A stretch of 64,000 nt of DNA from a virus (lineage: Duplodnaviria; Caudoviricetes). Within the stretch, counting starts at the first letter, position 1, and each line of letters opens with the position of its first letter. This document shows positions 56,306-64,000 of the stretch, piece by piece. Below the pieces are notes generated by a model that had not been told where the DNA came from, did no database searches, and worked only from the letters and a program-made list of their open reading frames with translations. Position numbers and translations under genes: made by a program. The stretch covers positions 64,001 to 128,000 of IMG/VR virus record IMGVR_UViG_3300028549_001457; one strand, 5' to 3'.

Positions 56306-58132
56306 GTGCCTAAACTTTTAGGATCTCTTACAACAAATGATAACAGTCAGAAAGGTGTGACCTCCTCATGGGTAACCACCTTTCTGACTGGGTATGCTCC
56401 TTTAGCGTCTCCTGCACTCTCAGGGGTTCCCACGGCCCCCACCGCATCAGTAGGGACTAACACATCACAACTTGCTACTACAGCTTTTGTGCTGGCTAAT
56501 GCTGGGACCGCCAATGCATGGAAATTTACAGGGAACGCCGGAACTGATCCAGCAACACACTTCCTTGGAACTACTGATAATCAACCCTTAATGTTTAGAA
56601 TTAACAATTCTATTCAAATGCAACTCACAGCCCTAGGGCAACTTAAATTAGCTTACCCAACTGCTTCTGGAATTACAGGGACGGAACGTCTCATTATTAA
56701 TGATGCTACTGGGAGTCTCTCGGACTTTTCTTTTGTGGCTGCTGGTGGGGGCTACCCAGCCTTGAACTTAGGGTCTTCTCGCGGGACTCCGGTAGTCCGT
56801 GCCACCTTAACTTCAGGGGATTCTCTTGGAAGTTATCTTTGGTGGGGTTTCGACGGGTCCTCATTTATTAAAGCCGCTGAAATTGTGGCAAGAGCCTCTA
56901 CAGTTGCGTCTGGGGTTATGACCGCTAGAGTTGACTATATAGTAAATGGAACTACTGTGGCAGCGATGACTTCTAGCGGGGTTGCCTTAAGTGGTCTCCC
57001 CACCGCCCCCACAGCTTCTGTAGGAACTTCCACTACACAGCTTGCAACTACTGAATTTGTTTCTGCAGCTTTAACTGCGTCTGGCGTTGCCATTCCAGCG
57101 GGAGAAATCCCTTATGGAAATGCTTCGGGGACGGGGCTCACCAGTTCCAGTATGGTCTGGGATAGCATATCTGGGCTCAGTGTGGGTGGGAGTGCTAGTT
57201 TTGCTGGAAATGGAGTCTTTGGTGCAAATCTATCCGCCTTAAATGCAAATCTTTCTGGAAGTCTCCTATTAACCTCGATCCCGGATCCAGCGATACCTTC
57301 TGGGGTGATTGGGAAACTTTATTCAAAAGTAATTGCCGGTAGGGTCCTTCCTAAATGGGTCGGCCCTTCTGGTATTGACTTTACTTTCCAGCCTCTGTTA
57401 GGCCAAGATAAAGTGAGTCAATGGAGCCCTCCTGGGAATGCAACTACGGCTCCAACCCTATTTGGGGGTGCGTCTGTATTTACTGTGGTGGGTACCGCGA
57501 CTAAACGAGACGTTACTACTACGAATAAAGCTACTCGAACTAAACGGTTGGGGTATGTTTCTAACACATCATCTGGCTCGTTAACCTCCATCCGCACTTC
57601 TAGGGCGCAGCATACTCTCGGGGTTCCTGGGAACCCTAATATGGGTGGGTTCTTCCTGGTTTTGAGGTTCGTTCCCTCCAATGCGGCCTATATCTCAAAT
57701 GAGCGATTCTTTGCAGGTTTATGGGCTACAACCGGAGCGCCTACAAATGTCGAGCCGAGCACTCTCACTAACTGTATTGGCCTAGCAAAGCTATCCGGAT
57801 CATCTAACCTACACATTGTTTATGGCGGTTCTGTTGCCCAACCTGCCATTGACCTTGGGGCCACATTTCCTGCTACAGGGCTATCTACCGATTTGTATGA
57901 GCTTATTATATTTGCTCCCCCCAATCTGGATAACACTGTTTATTATAAGGTTGCGCGTTTAAACGTTTCGCAAGCTCATGCGGAGGGGACCCTTGTTGCT
58001 GCAACTCCTGGGAACCAGCTTCCCCTCAATACAACTCGTTTGGCGGCACCTGTGATCTGGAAATGTAATCATACTAGTAATGGCGCTGTAGCCTTTGATT
58101 TAGTTAGTGCTTACCTTGCTACGGATGAGTAA
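56306..58132 (+). CDS. Tail fibre protein
   Basis: Two copies of the fibre motif A.SG.PTAPTASVGT.T.QLATT.FV, plus NAGTDPATHFLGTTDNQPL.FR.N. Confidence 0.75.
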   Translation: MPKLLGSLTTNDNSQKGVTSSWVTTFLTGYAPLASPALSGVPTAPTASVGTNTSQLATTAFVLANAGTANAWKFTGNAGTDPATHFLGTTDNQPLMFRINNSIQMQLTALGQLKLAYPTASGITGTERLIINDATGSLSDFSFVAAGGGYPALNLGSSRGTPVVRATLTSGDSLGSYLWWGFDGSSFIKAAEIVARASTVASGVMTARVDYIVNGTTVAAMTSSGVALSGLPTAPTASVGTSTTQLATTEFVSAALTASGVAIPAGEIPYGNASGTGLTSSSMVWDSISGLSVGGSASFAGNGVFGANLSALNANLSGSLLLTSIPDPAIPSGVIGKLYSKVIAGRVLPKWVGPSGIDFTFQPLLGQDKVSQWSPPGNATTAPTLFGGASVFTVVGTATKRDVTTTNKATRTKRLGYVSNTSSGSLTSIRTSRAQHTLGVPGNPNMGGFFLVLRFVPSNAAYISNERFFAGLWATTGAPTNVEPSTLTNCIGLAKLSGSSNLHIVYGGSVAQPAIDLGATFPATGLSTDLYELIIFAPPNLDNTVYYKVARLNVSQAHAEGTLVAATPGNQLPLNTTRLAAPVIWKCNHTSNGAVAFDLVSAYLATDE

Positions 58133-58135
58133 ATA

Positions 58136-58570
58136 ATGTCATACACATACTTCCCCGATTATGGCTCTGTTATTCGAGATTCGGATCAGAAGTTAATTGC
58201 CCCCTGTCAGAGTGTTGATGATTCGGACTACCTAGATTATATCGCCTGGGTACGTGAGGGAAACACCCCCGCACCACCGCCTGAAAACTCTGATATATCC
58301 CTCCTAAAGGAGGAGTTGGTTAACATCATTCAATTAAAAATGGACACTATAGCTGCTTCTAGGGGGTATGACTCCATCCTGTCTCTATGCAGCTACGCAA
58401 CTTCTACTATCCCTCAATTTAACCGTGAAGCAGCGGCGGGAGTTGTTTGGAGAGATCAGTGCTGGTCTCTAGGGTATGGCATTTTAGCCGAAGTTCTCCA
58501 GGGCATTCGTCCAATTCCTACGGTAGAGGAAGTTGTTGCCATGATGCCTGAAATTGATTGGGGTGACTAA
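58136..58570 (+). CDS. Tail fibre assembly/chaperone protein
   Basis: RGYDSILSLCSYATS..PQF..EA.A.V.WRDQCW...Y.IL..V..G.R.IPT.EE....MP.I.W, directly after the fibre gene. Confidence 0.75.
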   Translation: MSYTYFPDYGSVIRDSDQKLIAPCQSVDDSDYLDYIAWVREGNTPAPPPENSDISLLKEELVNIIQLKMDTIAASRGYDSILSLCSYATSTIPQFNREAAAGVVWRDQCWSLGYGILAEVLQGIRPIPTVEEVVAMMPEIDWGD

Positions 58571-58587
58571 GTTGCGCTTTGTTTTCT

Positions 58588-58622
58588 AAATGGCCGGAAT
58601 AAGTTCCGGCCATTTCTCTTTT
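58588..58622 (+). terminator. Rho-independent terminator
   Basis: AAATGGCCGGAA-TAAG-TTCCGGCCATTT (12 bp perfect), then CTCTTTT. Confidence 0.75.
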
Positions 58623-58639
58623 AAGGAGTAAGGTGCATT

Positions 58640-59422
58640 ATGCCAGATGTCTTCCAGCAATTAAAACAAAAATCAGGGTGGGGTGACCTGATTGATACTG
58701 TTAAACATGCAATCCAAGATGCATTTAGAAAACCTTCTAGATATATGTCTAGTATGCGTAATTATAGAGATGATGGTGAAATAGAAGAAGATTTATCATA
58801 CTTGAGTAAAAATAAGGGGAAGAAAATCTCCTGGGATCAATTTAAACGAGAACGCTATTCTACAGCGACTCCTGAGGAGTTTGAGGCCATTAAGAAGATT
58901 TTTATTGAAGGGGGTGCTGGTGATCGCTCAGGGGTCTATGCAGATAAAGCTTTAGCCCTCTTTGTGCCCCCAACTCCAGCAGAGACTACAGCACCCCCAG
59001 CAGCACCTTCTGCTACGGGTGCTCCATCAGCCCCAGGCGCTCCATCAGCCACACCTGAGCCAACACCCGCAGCGGCTGGCACCCCAGCTTCGTTGGCCAA
59101 CCAAGTCCTAGCTAAAATTAATGAGCAATATCAGGCTTCAGGAAAATCTTGGATATCCTACGCGGACGCTCTTGCTATTAGCCCTACAGTGGTTAAAAAT
59201 GTGCTGCCTAAAGTAAGGAGGCAGCTTCAGGCTAGGGGTAAGGATTTATTTAATAATAAGAAACAAAAACGTTATTATATAATTAAAAAGCCTAGAACGA
59301 GTGCCGTTAGTGATCCATGGATGTCCTCTTTAATAGAGGGCGAAACGGCTAGGCTTTTTTTCATGCACCGAGCCTCTCTTATTGCCCCTAAGTCTGTTAC
59401 GTCCCCCTTAAATGAGGTCTAA
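58640..59422 (+). CDS. Hypothetical protein with Pro/Ala linker and possible C-terminal winged HTH
   Basis: TAAGGAG RBS. APSA repeats. ISYADALAISPTVVKNVLPKVRRQL...KRYYI. Confidence 0.55.
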   Translation: MPDVFQQLKQKSGWGDLIDTVKHAIQDAFRKPSRYMSSMRNYRDDGEIEEDLSYLSKNKGKKISWDQFKRERYSTATPEEFEAIKKIFIEGGAGDRSGVYADKALALFVPPTPAETTAPPAAPSATGAPSAPGAPSATPEPTPAAAGTPASLANQVLAKINEQYQASGKSWISYADALAISPTVVKNVLPKVRRQLQARGKDLFNNKKQKRYYIIKKPRTSAVSDPWMSSLIEGETARLFFMHRASLIAPKSVTSPLNEV

Positions 59423-59425
59423 TTT

Positions 59426-60400
59426 ATGGCAATGTATGGCTGGATAGCCTCCACTCCAGGGTTTAACGATAAGATTAAAAATCCACAGACTTTGGGTCTC
59501 CTTCAGAAGTTTAGTTACTCTGAGGATACTGAGGCCTTTAAGTTTGAGTTGGGTGATGTAGTCGATTCCCATAATTCGGAGGGGTCCTATGATCACACTG
59601 TATGGATAGAAATTTATGAGAAAGCTGGCTCAAAGTTGGGGGAGATCTCTACTGAGATTTCAGATAACTCCGTGGGAAACCTAGGTTCAAAGTATATTCT
59701 TTTAGCAGCCTGCTTAGAGAAACTTGGTTTTGTTGATGAAGACTCTATGACAACGCCCGAGGATGCTTTCGAAGATACAGCACAGGAGCCTCCCTTGGAA
59801 GCCTTGCCGGATGATGATATGCAGCACTCTGCTAGGATGAAAGCGGCTGTTCGTATTCTTAAGGCTATTGCAAGCACTGGTATTGAGCTAGCCGACCCTA
59901 ACTTTAGAAAGCAGGACTCGGAGGGGTGGGGTGCGGATGACACAAAGGCGCATCAGAGGGAGTCTCAGCAACAACAACAATCTCAGTCTCGTCAGCAGCA
60001 GTTTTATTTATCCAGTGCTAAAAGTAAGCTTAAGCGTTTCTATTCCAGTCTTCTGAATACTCCCGCCGAAGGGACCTCGATCCCCATTGCAGAGTATCTT
60101 CGCCAGACTGATGGTAATTGGGGAGCCCTGTTTAATAAACCTGAGTTTAGGCGTGTGGCTATTCAAGCTAAAAATAAGCTCCAAGAATTCTTCACGCATT
60201 CTAATTTGACACAGGAAGAGGCTGAGGCTTTCAAAAATCAGACCGACACCAGTCTTGATACTAAAGCAAATATTGTTAGATTGTTAGAGGAACTTCCGGG
60301 GGCGTCCCATCAGAGCAAGGTTGCCAGTTGTATTTCTGCTCTAGATGCTTTTATTAAGCGTGGGAATACCCTAAATGAAGACTTTGAGGACAAGGATTAA
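59426..60400 (+). CDS. Hypothetical acidic protein with poly-Gln tract
   Basis: 324-aa ORF containing QRESQQQQQSQSRQQQ. Confidence 0.6.
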   Translation: MAMYGWIASTPGFNDKIKNPQTLGLLQKFSYSEDTEAFKFELGDVVDSHNSEGSYDHTVWIEIYEKAGSKLGEISTEISDNSVGNLGSKYILLAACLEKLGFVDEDSMTTPEDAFEDTAQEPPLEALPDDDMQHSARMKAAVRILKAIASTGIELADPNFRKQDSEGWGADDTKAHQRESQQQQQSQSRQQQFYLSSAKSKLKRFYSSLLNTPAEGTSIPIAEYLRQTDGNWGALFNKPEFRRVAIQAKNKLQEFFTHSNLTQEEAEAFKNQTDTSLDTKANIVRLLEELPGASHQSKVASCISALDAFIKRGNTLNEDFEDKD

Positions 60401-60403
60401 ATC

Positions 60404-61621
60404 ATGGATAATGCTCAGCCTTTAATTACGTCACGGGCACTGGATAGTTTGGCCGTGTCCTCCGAAGTATTTGTTAAGACTGCTCAAGATATCCTTAAGT
60501 ATGCTAAAGATGGGGAGCTAAACGAGGTCCCCTTTATGTTTGGGCATACCACGGAGACTATGCGTCCAGCGGGAACCATTTATATTATCCCACAGGCCAA
60601 ACGCCGTGCAGCATTTCCTCTTTTTTGGGATACGGAACGTTTTAAATACCAATTTCCTAAACTATTCCAAGCACTCAAGGGGCCTCAGTGGAACTCCTCA
60701 TTTAGTCTGGATGAGGATCCTAATGGGACTCTACATTTACAGGATGGCCTGTTATCACCTATTGGTGAGGACATTACTGACCTACCAGATCAGATTGATA
60801 CCTACCTAGATGAGAAGTTCCCTGAGAAAGGTCTAATTCTGCTTTACCGGCCCCTGTTCTCATCCGTTGATCGTATTCGATGCCTTTTAATCCCAGAAAA
60901 AACTGAATTTGACGAAGCTATTACGCTTTTCTTACGTGAGATGTATGGTTTCTACCCCAGTACTAGTGTTGATCCCCTGGCAGCGGTTCGTGGTGCTACG
61001 AATGGCGTTCCTGAAGGTTATGGGGTCCCCGTGGTTAAAACTGCAGCAAGTTCAGGCTGGCGGTATGTTTCGGCTCTCTCGGCCAAGGACGCTAAAAAGA
61101 AAACTAAGTTTTATACCTCATATGCTATTGCTTTAAGCCATGGGGATGAGGGGTGCTCTGTATTTAGGTTTAAGTTGGTGGACTCGACCCCCGATTGGAA
61201 ATCCTTGAAGGAAATGCATTCTGAAGCAGAGGACACAATTACCTCTAAATCAGCCTCTATAGACGCTCCGTGGTTGGCTAAGCTTGAAAACTTCGAGTCT
61301 AGGAAAATGGCATCACGTTTAAAATCAGCTTTTATGGTTGCCAAGAAAGTTGGGGAAGACTTCGTGCCGGGTGCCCACGAAGAGGGGTCTCTCTGCGCTT
61401 ATTGTGGGGACCCCGCTGAGGGTGTTATCACTACCACATATGATGACCCTGAAGACCCCACCTCTAAAGACGCTGCTTGTGCTTCCTGCTGGAAAGCTCT
61501 CACAAGCCCCGTCCCAGAACATGAGTGGGATTCCTGGATGCAGGGTTCTCTAGGTAATTCAATGGATACTGATTTTGATGCTGGTATATCTGCGGACCCA
61601 ACGGAACATGACTATGCCTAA
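60404..61621 (+). CDS. Hypothetical protein with C-terminal CxxC...CxxC zinc ribbon
   Basis: CAYC...CASC. Confidence 0.6.
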   Translation: MDNAQPLITSRALDSLAVSSEVFVKTAQDILKYAKDGELNEVPFMFGHTTETMRPAGTIYIIPQAKRRAAFPLFWDTERFKYQFPKLFQALKGPQWNSSFSLDEDPNGTLHLQDGLLSPIGEDITDLPDQIDTYLDEKFPEKGLILLYRPLFSSVDRIRCLLIPEKTEFDEAITLFLREMYGFYPSTSVDPLAAVRGATNGVPEGYGVPVVKTAASSGWRYVSALSAKDAKKKTKFYTSYAIALSHGDEGCSVFRFKLVDSTPDWKSLKEMHSEAEDTITSKSASIDAPWLAKLENFESRKMASRLKSAFMVAKKVGEDFVPGAHEEGSLCAYCGDPAEGVITTTYDDPEDPTSKDAACASCWKALTSPVPEHEWDSWMQGSLGNSMDTDFDAGISADPTEHDYA

Positions 61622-63056
61622 GTCCCCTCTAAGGGCCACCCCAGATTACCTAGAAAATCCGCGAGATGGTTCCACTTTGGAATCGTGGTTAAAAATTTCT
61701 GCTGCAACTATCGTGGATACCTCTATTCAGCCGGATGAGGATCAATTCTTTGCAGATTTAGCCACTAGTCTAGGGCATACTGCTTTTTCGTCATCCTACC
61801 TATTTACTCCTGAGCTAGAGGCCACTCCTGACATAATGGCCCATGATGTTCATGTAGATCCGCTTCAGGACTCTCAGTTTCAGAGGCTCGATCAAGATAC
61901 GCATGGTCCAACTCAAGGTCTGGCCGCATTGGGCATCCATTCCAGTGCCAGTATCAACGAGATCTCTTCTGGTTTGAAAGACGTTCAAAAGAATGCTCAG
62001 GAAGCTACTAAAGCGCTCCAGAGTGTCCCTAAGCAGGCTCCCGCTGTTTCTACACCTACCCCAGCGCCTGCCCCAAAGACCCCTTCTACGCCAACGCCAG
62101 CAGCCCCCTCAACACCAACTCAGTCTTCTACCCCAAAACCGCAGGCTCCTCCCATAGCGCCCCCTGGCCCCAAGCCCACTGGAGTTAAGTATGACTCCCG
62201 TACGGCAGCTTTGGTGAATGATGGTTGCCCCAATTGTGGCCTTGATACCGTGTCCGATGGTGTTTTGTCCTGTCCCTCCTGTGGCTGGGAAGAGGGTGCG
62301 GATATTGAATTTGATATAGATACTGCATTTCACCCTATTATATCTGAGAATGCCCATATAGCGTGGTTCCAATCTAACCCATTTATGCAGTTTAACAACC
62401 CCAGCCCTATGAATCCCGCTGGGCAATACAATGACATGAACTACAATCCTCGCCCTACTTACTTTGAGCAGGGATCTGGGGACTCTAGTTTCGCCAACTT
62501 GCACTCATCTCCTAATGGAAACTACACTCGTGATTCCCTAAATTATGGTGGTGTTACAGATATGTTGGTGGTTCCTCCCGCTGATCCTCGATGGGGCAAT
62601 CAACCCCCTAAAATGCGTGAGACGATGCCAGTTACTCCGGGTGGGATGAAAGACCCCAGGACAGCTTCCCTCGCAAGACGCTTGGATAGATGCATTTTAG
62701 CCAAACGCTTAAGTGACGAAGATAACCCCTACATTCGAGATTATAGTGAGGTTAGACCTCTTAATAATTCCATGGATGCTAGCGTAAACAAACCTGAGTT
62801 AGATCCCAACGATCCTCAAAATCCTGAGGATTCTGCAGCTACCCTTCATCAACAGCCTTCCCCTCGATCCAGAGCTATGGGTCCGCAGAGTCTCATGGGA
62901 CAGTTTGACCCCAATAATAAGGGGGATGGGCCGGGAGCTTTTATTGAAACAGTGAGCCCAGGATCTGCAGATGGGACACGTTTCTCAATTCCTTCGTATA
63001 AAACACAGAGGCCCTCCCCAGGTCTCCCAAGCTTAGATTTTATTAAAGATCACTAA
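61608..63056 (+). CDS. Pro-rich hypothetical protein with internal zinc ribbon
   Basis: ATG 61608 or 61614 overlaps the previous stop (track start 61575). PTP/PAP linker. CPNCG...CPSCGW. Confidence 0.6.
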   Translation: MTMPKSPLRATPDYLENPRDGSTLESWLKISAATIVDTSIQPDEDQFFADLATSLGHTAFSSSYLFTPELEATPDIMAHDVHVDPLQDSQFQRLDQDTHGPTQGLAALGIHSSASINEISSGLKDVQKNAQEATKALQSVPKQAPAVSTPTPAPAPKTPSTPTPAAPSTPTQSSTPKPQAPPIAPPGPKPTGVKYDSRTAALVNDGCPNCGLDTVSDGVLSCPSCGWEEGADIEFDIDTAFHPIISENAHIAWFQSNPFMQFNNPSPMNPAGQYNDMNYNPRPTYFEQGSGDSSFANLHSSPNGNYTRDSLNYGGVTDMLVVPPADPRWGNQPPKMRETMPVTPGGMKDPRTASLARRLDRCILAKRLSDEDNPYIRDYSEVRPLNNSMDASVNKPELDPNDPQNPEDSAATLHQQPSPRSRAMGPQSLMGQFDPNNKGDGPGAFIETVSPGSADGTRFSIPSYKTQRPSPGLPSLDFIKDH

Positions 63057-63193
63057 TGGCCCCTGAGAAACCCCCTGATCCTCCTAAGGTAGCTCCGTGG
63101 GAGCCTCCACACCACTGGAAACCCCTGGAGGATCCGCCCTGGGCAGGGGATCCATACAATCCAGATCCGTATTATCCTAATCCCTACCTATAA
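63056..63193 (+). CDS. 45-aa proline-rich peptide (not in track)
   Basis: MAPEKPPDPPKVAPWEPPHHWKPLEDPPWAGDPYNPDPYYPNPYL. TAATG coupling to the upstream gene, and it fills the gap before uvrD. Confidence 0.55.
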   Translation: MAPEKPPDPPKVAPWEPPHHWKPLEDPPWAGDPYNPDPYYPNPYL

Positions 63194-63213
63194 AATCCTC
63201 TGTATCTATAGGT

Positions 63214-63999
63214 ATGACGATTTCAACTGTTGACCCAATTATTCAATTTCTGCGGGACGAGTATGGCTTGGATGAATTACAAGCCCCTGCTGCAAACCAT
63301 CTAAATGGGCCAGCCCTGGTATTGGCCAGTGCGGGTAGCGGCAAAACAACCACGTTAACTGCACGAGTTACACATCTTATTAAGCACCACAAAGTGCCAG
63401 CCGATCAAATTCTCTGCATTACGTTTACCAATAAAGCTACCGAGAATATGGTCTCGAAGATCACGGCTAAGATTGGTGAGGGTCAGCCCCTTCCCACAAT
63501 CTCCACAATCCACTCCCTTGGTCTAAGTATTATTAGAAAGTATCCACAGTTAGCAATTGAAGCTATCGCTGATCTTGCTCAAACCGTGCATACGAAAGAA
63601 GCTGGGCATGCCCATTTATCAGTGTGGTCCGAACGGAATTGCAGCACCATATTTAGAAAAATTTGTGAGCAACACGAGCATACGTGTAACTATTCCGAGA
63701 CTCTTTCGCAGATTATGTATCTGTGTAATAGGGGTTTTACTCCCGCCTCCTATGAGGCTATCCGTAAAACGGATCCAAAGAGATTAAAACAAGAACGGGT
63801 TTTCCTGACTGAGACAGAGACCCTTCTTTGGCGGGATTATATTCTCGCCAAGTATACGAGTAGAGCCCTCGATTTTACGGATATGTTGTTAGTAGCCAAT
63901 AGAATCCTGGAAAGAAACCCCAAAGTTTTACAGAAGTATCATGATCGCTGGAATTATATTCTACAGGATGAAGCTCAGGATGCGAGTCCTCTTCAGTGG
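63214..63999 (+). CDS. uvrD: UvrD/PcrA-like SF1 helicase, 3'-truncated by window edge (not in track)
   Basis: Translated by hand: GPALVLASAGSGKTTTLTARV, ILCITFTNKA, ISTIHSLG, LDFTDML, YILQDEAQD. Confidence 0.92.
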   Translation, partial: MTISTVDPIIQFLRDEYGLDELQAPAANHLNGPALVLASAGSGKTTTLTARVTHLIKHHKVPADQILCITFTNKATENMVSKITAKIGEGQPLPTISTIHSLGLSIIRKYPQLAIEAIADLAQTVHTKEAGHAHLSVWSERNCSTIFRKICEQHEHTCNYSETLSQIMYLCNRGFTPASYEAIRKTDPKRLKQERVFLTETETLLWRDYILAKYTSRALDFTDMLLVANRILERNPKVLQKYHDRWNYILQDEAQDASPLQW

Positions 64000-64000
64000 A

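Noticed and set aside
53981-58570. Diversity-generating retroelement or invertible fibre switch
   Set aside because: No reverse transcriptase or recombinase. The repeats differ at synonymous sites of all bases rather than only at adenines, and no inverted crossover sites were seen.
59021-59050. Direct repeat GCTCCATCAGCC x2 and the CAA/CAG run near 59966-60000
   Set aside because: Explained by low-complexity coding (APSA, poly-Gln); no sign of a separate DNA-level element.
63557-63787. Track ORF of 76 aa
   Set aside because: It is out of frame inside the uvrD gene that starts at 63214.
1-64000. Stop-codon reassignment
   Set aside because: Long ORFs tile the window in the standard code, and TAA, TAG and TGA all end genes that are followed closely by the next start.
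1-64000. CRISPR array, tRNA or rRNA genes
   Set aside because: No regularly spaced identical repeats. The intergenic gaps (e.g. 19728-19831, 51003-51095) lack tRNA T-loop and acceptor-stem patterns.

Overview
This window is a 64-kb segment of a large contractile-tailed (myovirus-like) dsDNA phage genome. Nearly every credible gene is on the + strand, in the standard genetic code. Layout: (1) 1-31.3 kb, tail and baseplate operon: end of tape measure, two tube-initiator/hub-like paralogs, a giant hub with an inserted CHAP hydrolase, VgrG/gp5-like spike, PAAR tip, gp25-, J- and I-like wedge proteins, and three very large fibre/Ig-repeat proteins. (2) 31.4-40.0 kb, replication: SNF2-type helicase, degenerate helicase loader, DnaB, stand-alone primase zinc finger, and a family A DNA polymerase with a ~150-aa insertion. 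(3) 40-53.9 kb, accessory/regulatory genes: two sigma-like factors, a STAS-like protein, a spanin-like membrane protein, a permuted NlpC/P60 amidase, a DivK/CheY-like receiver, a hybrid histidine kinase and a stand-alone TSCPD domain. (4) 54-58.6 kb, a second fibre cassette. (5) 58.6-63.2 kb, low-complexity, probably virion-internal proteins, followed by a truncated UvrD helicase. The most striking element is a phage-borne, rewired signalling module. The kinase has lost its phosphoacceptor His (MSHELRTP changed to MSTSLRTP) and its extracytoplasmic sensor but keeps the ATP-binding boxes and one intact receiver, and it lies near an intact single-domain receiver, a STAS-like protein and two sigma factors. 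All family assignments come from motif recognition by eye; no database search was run.
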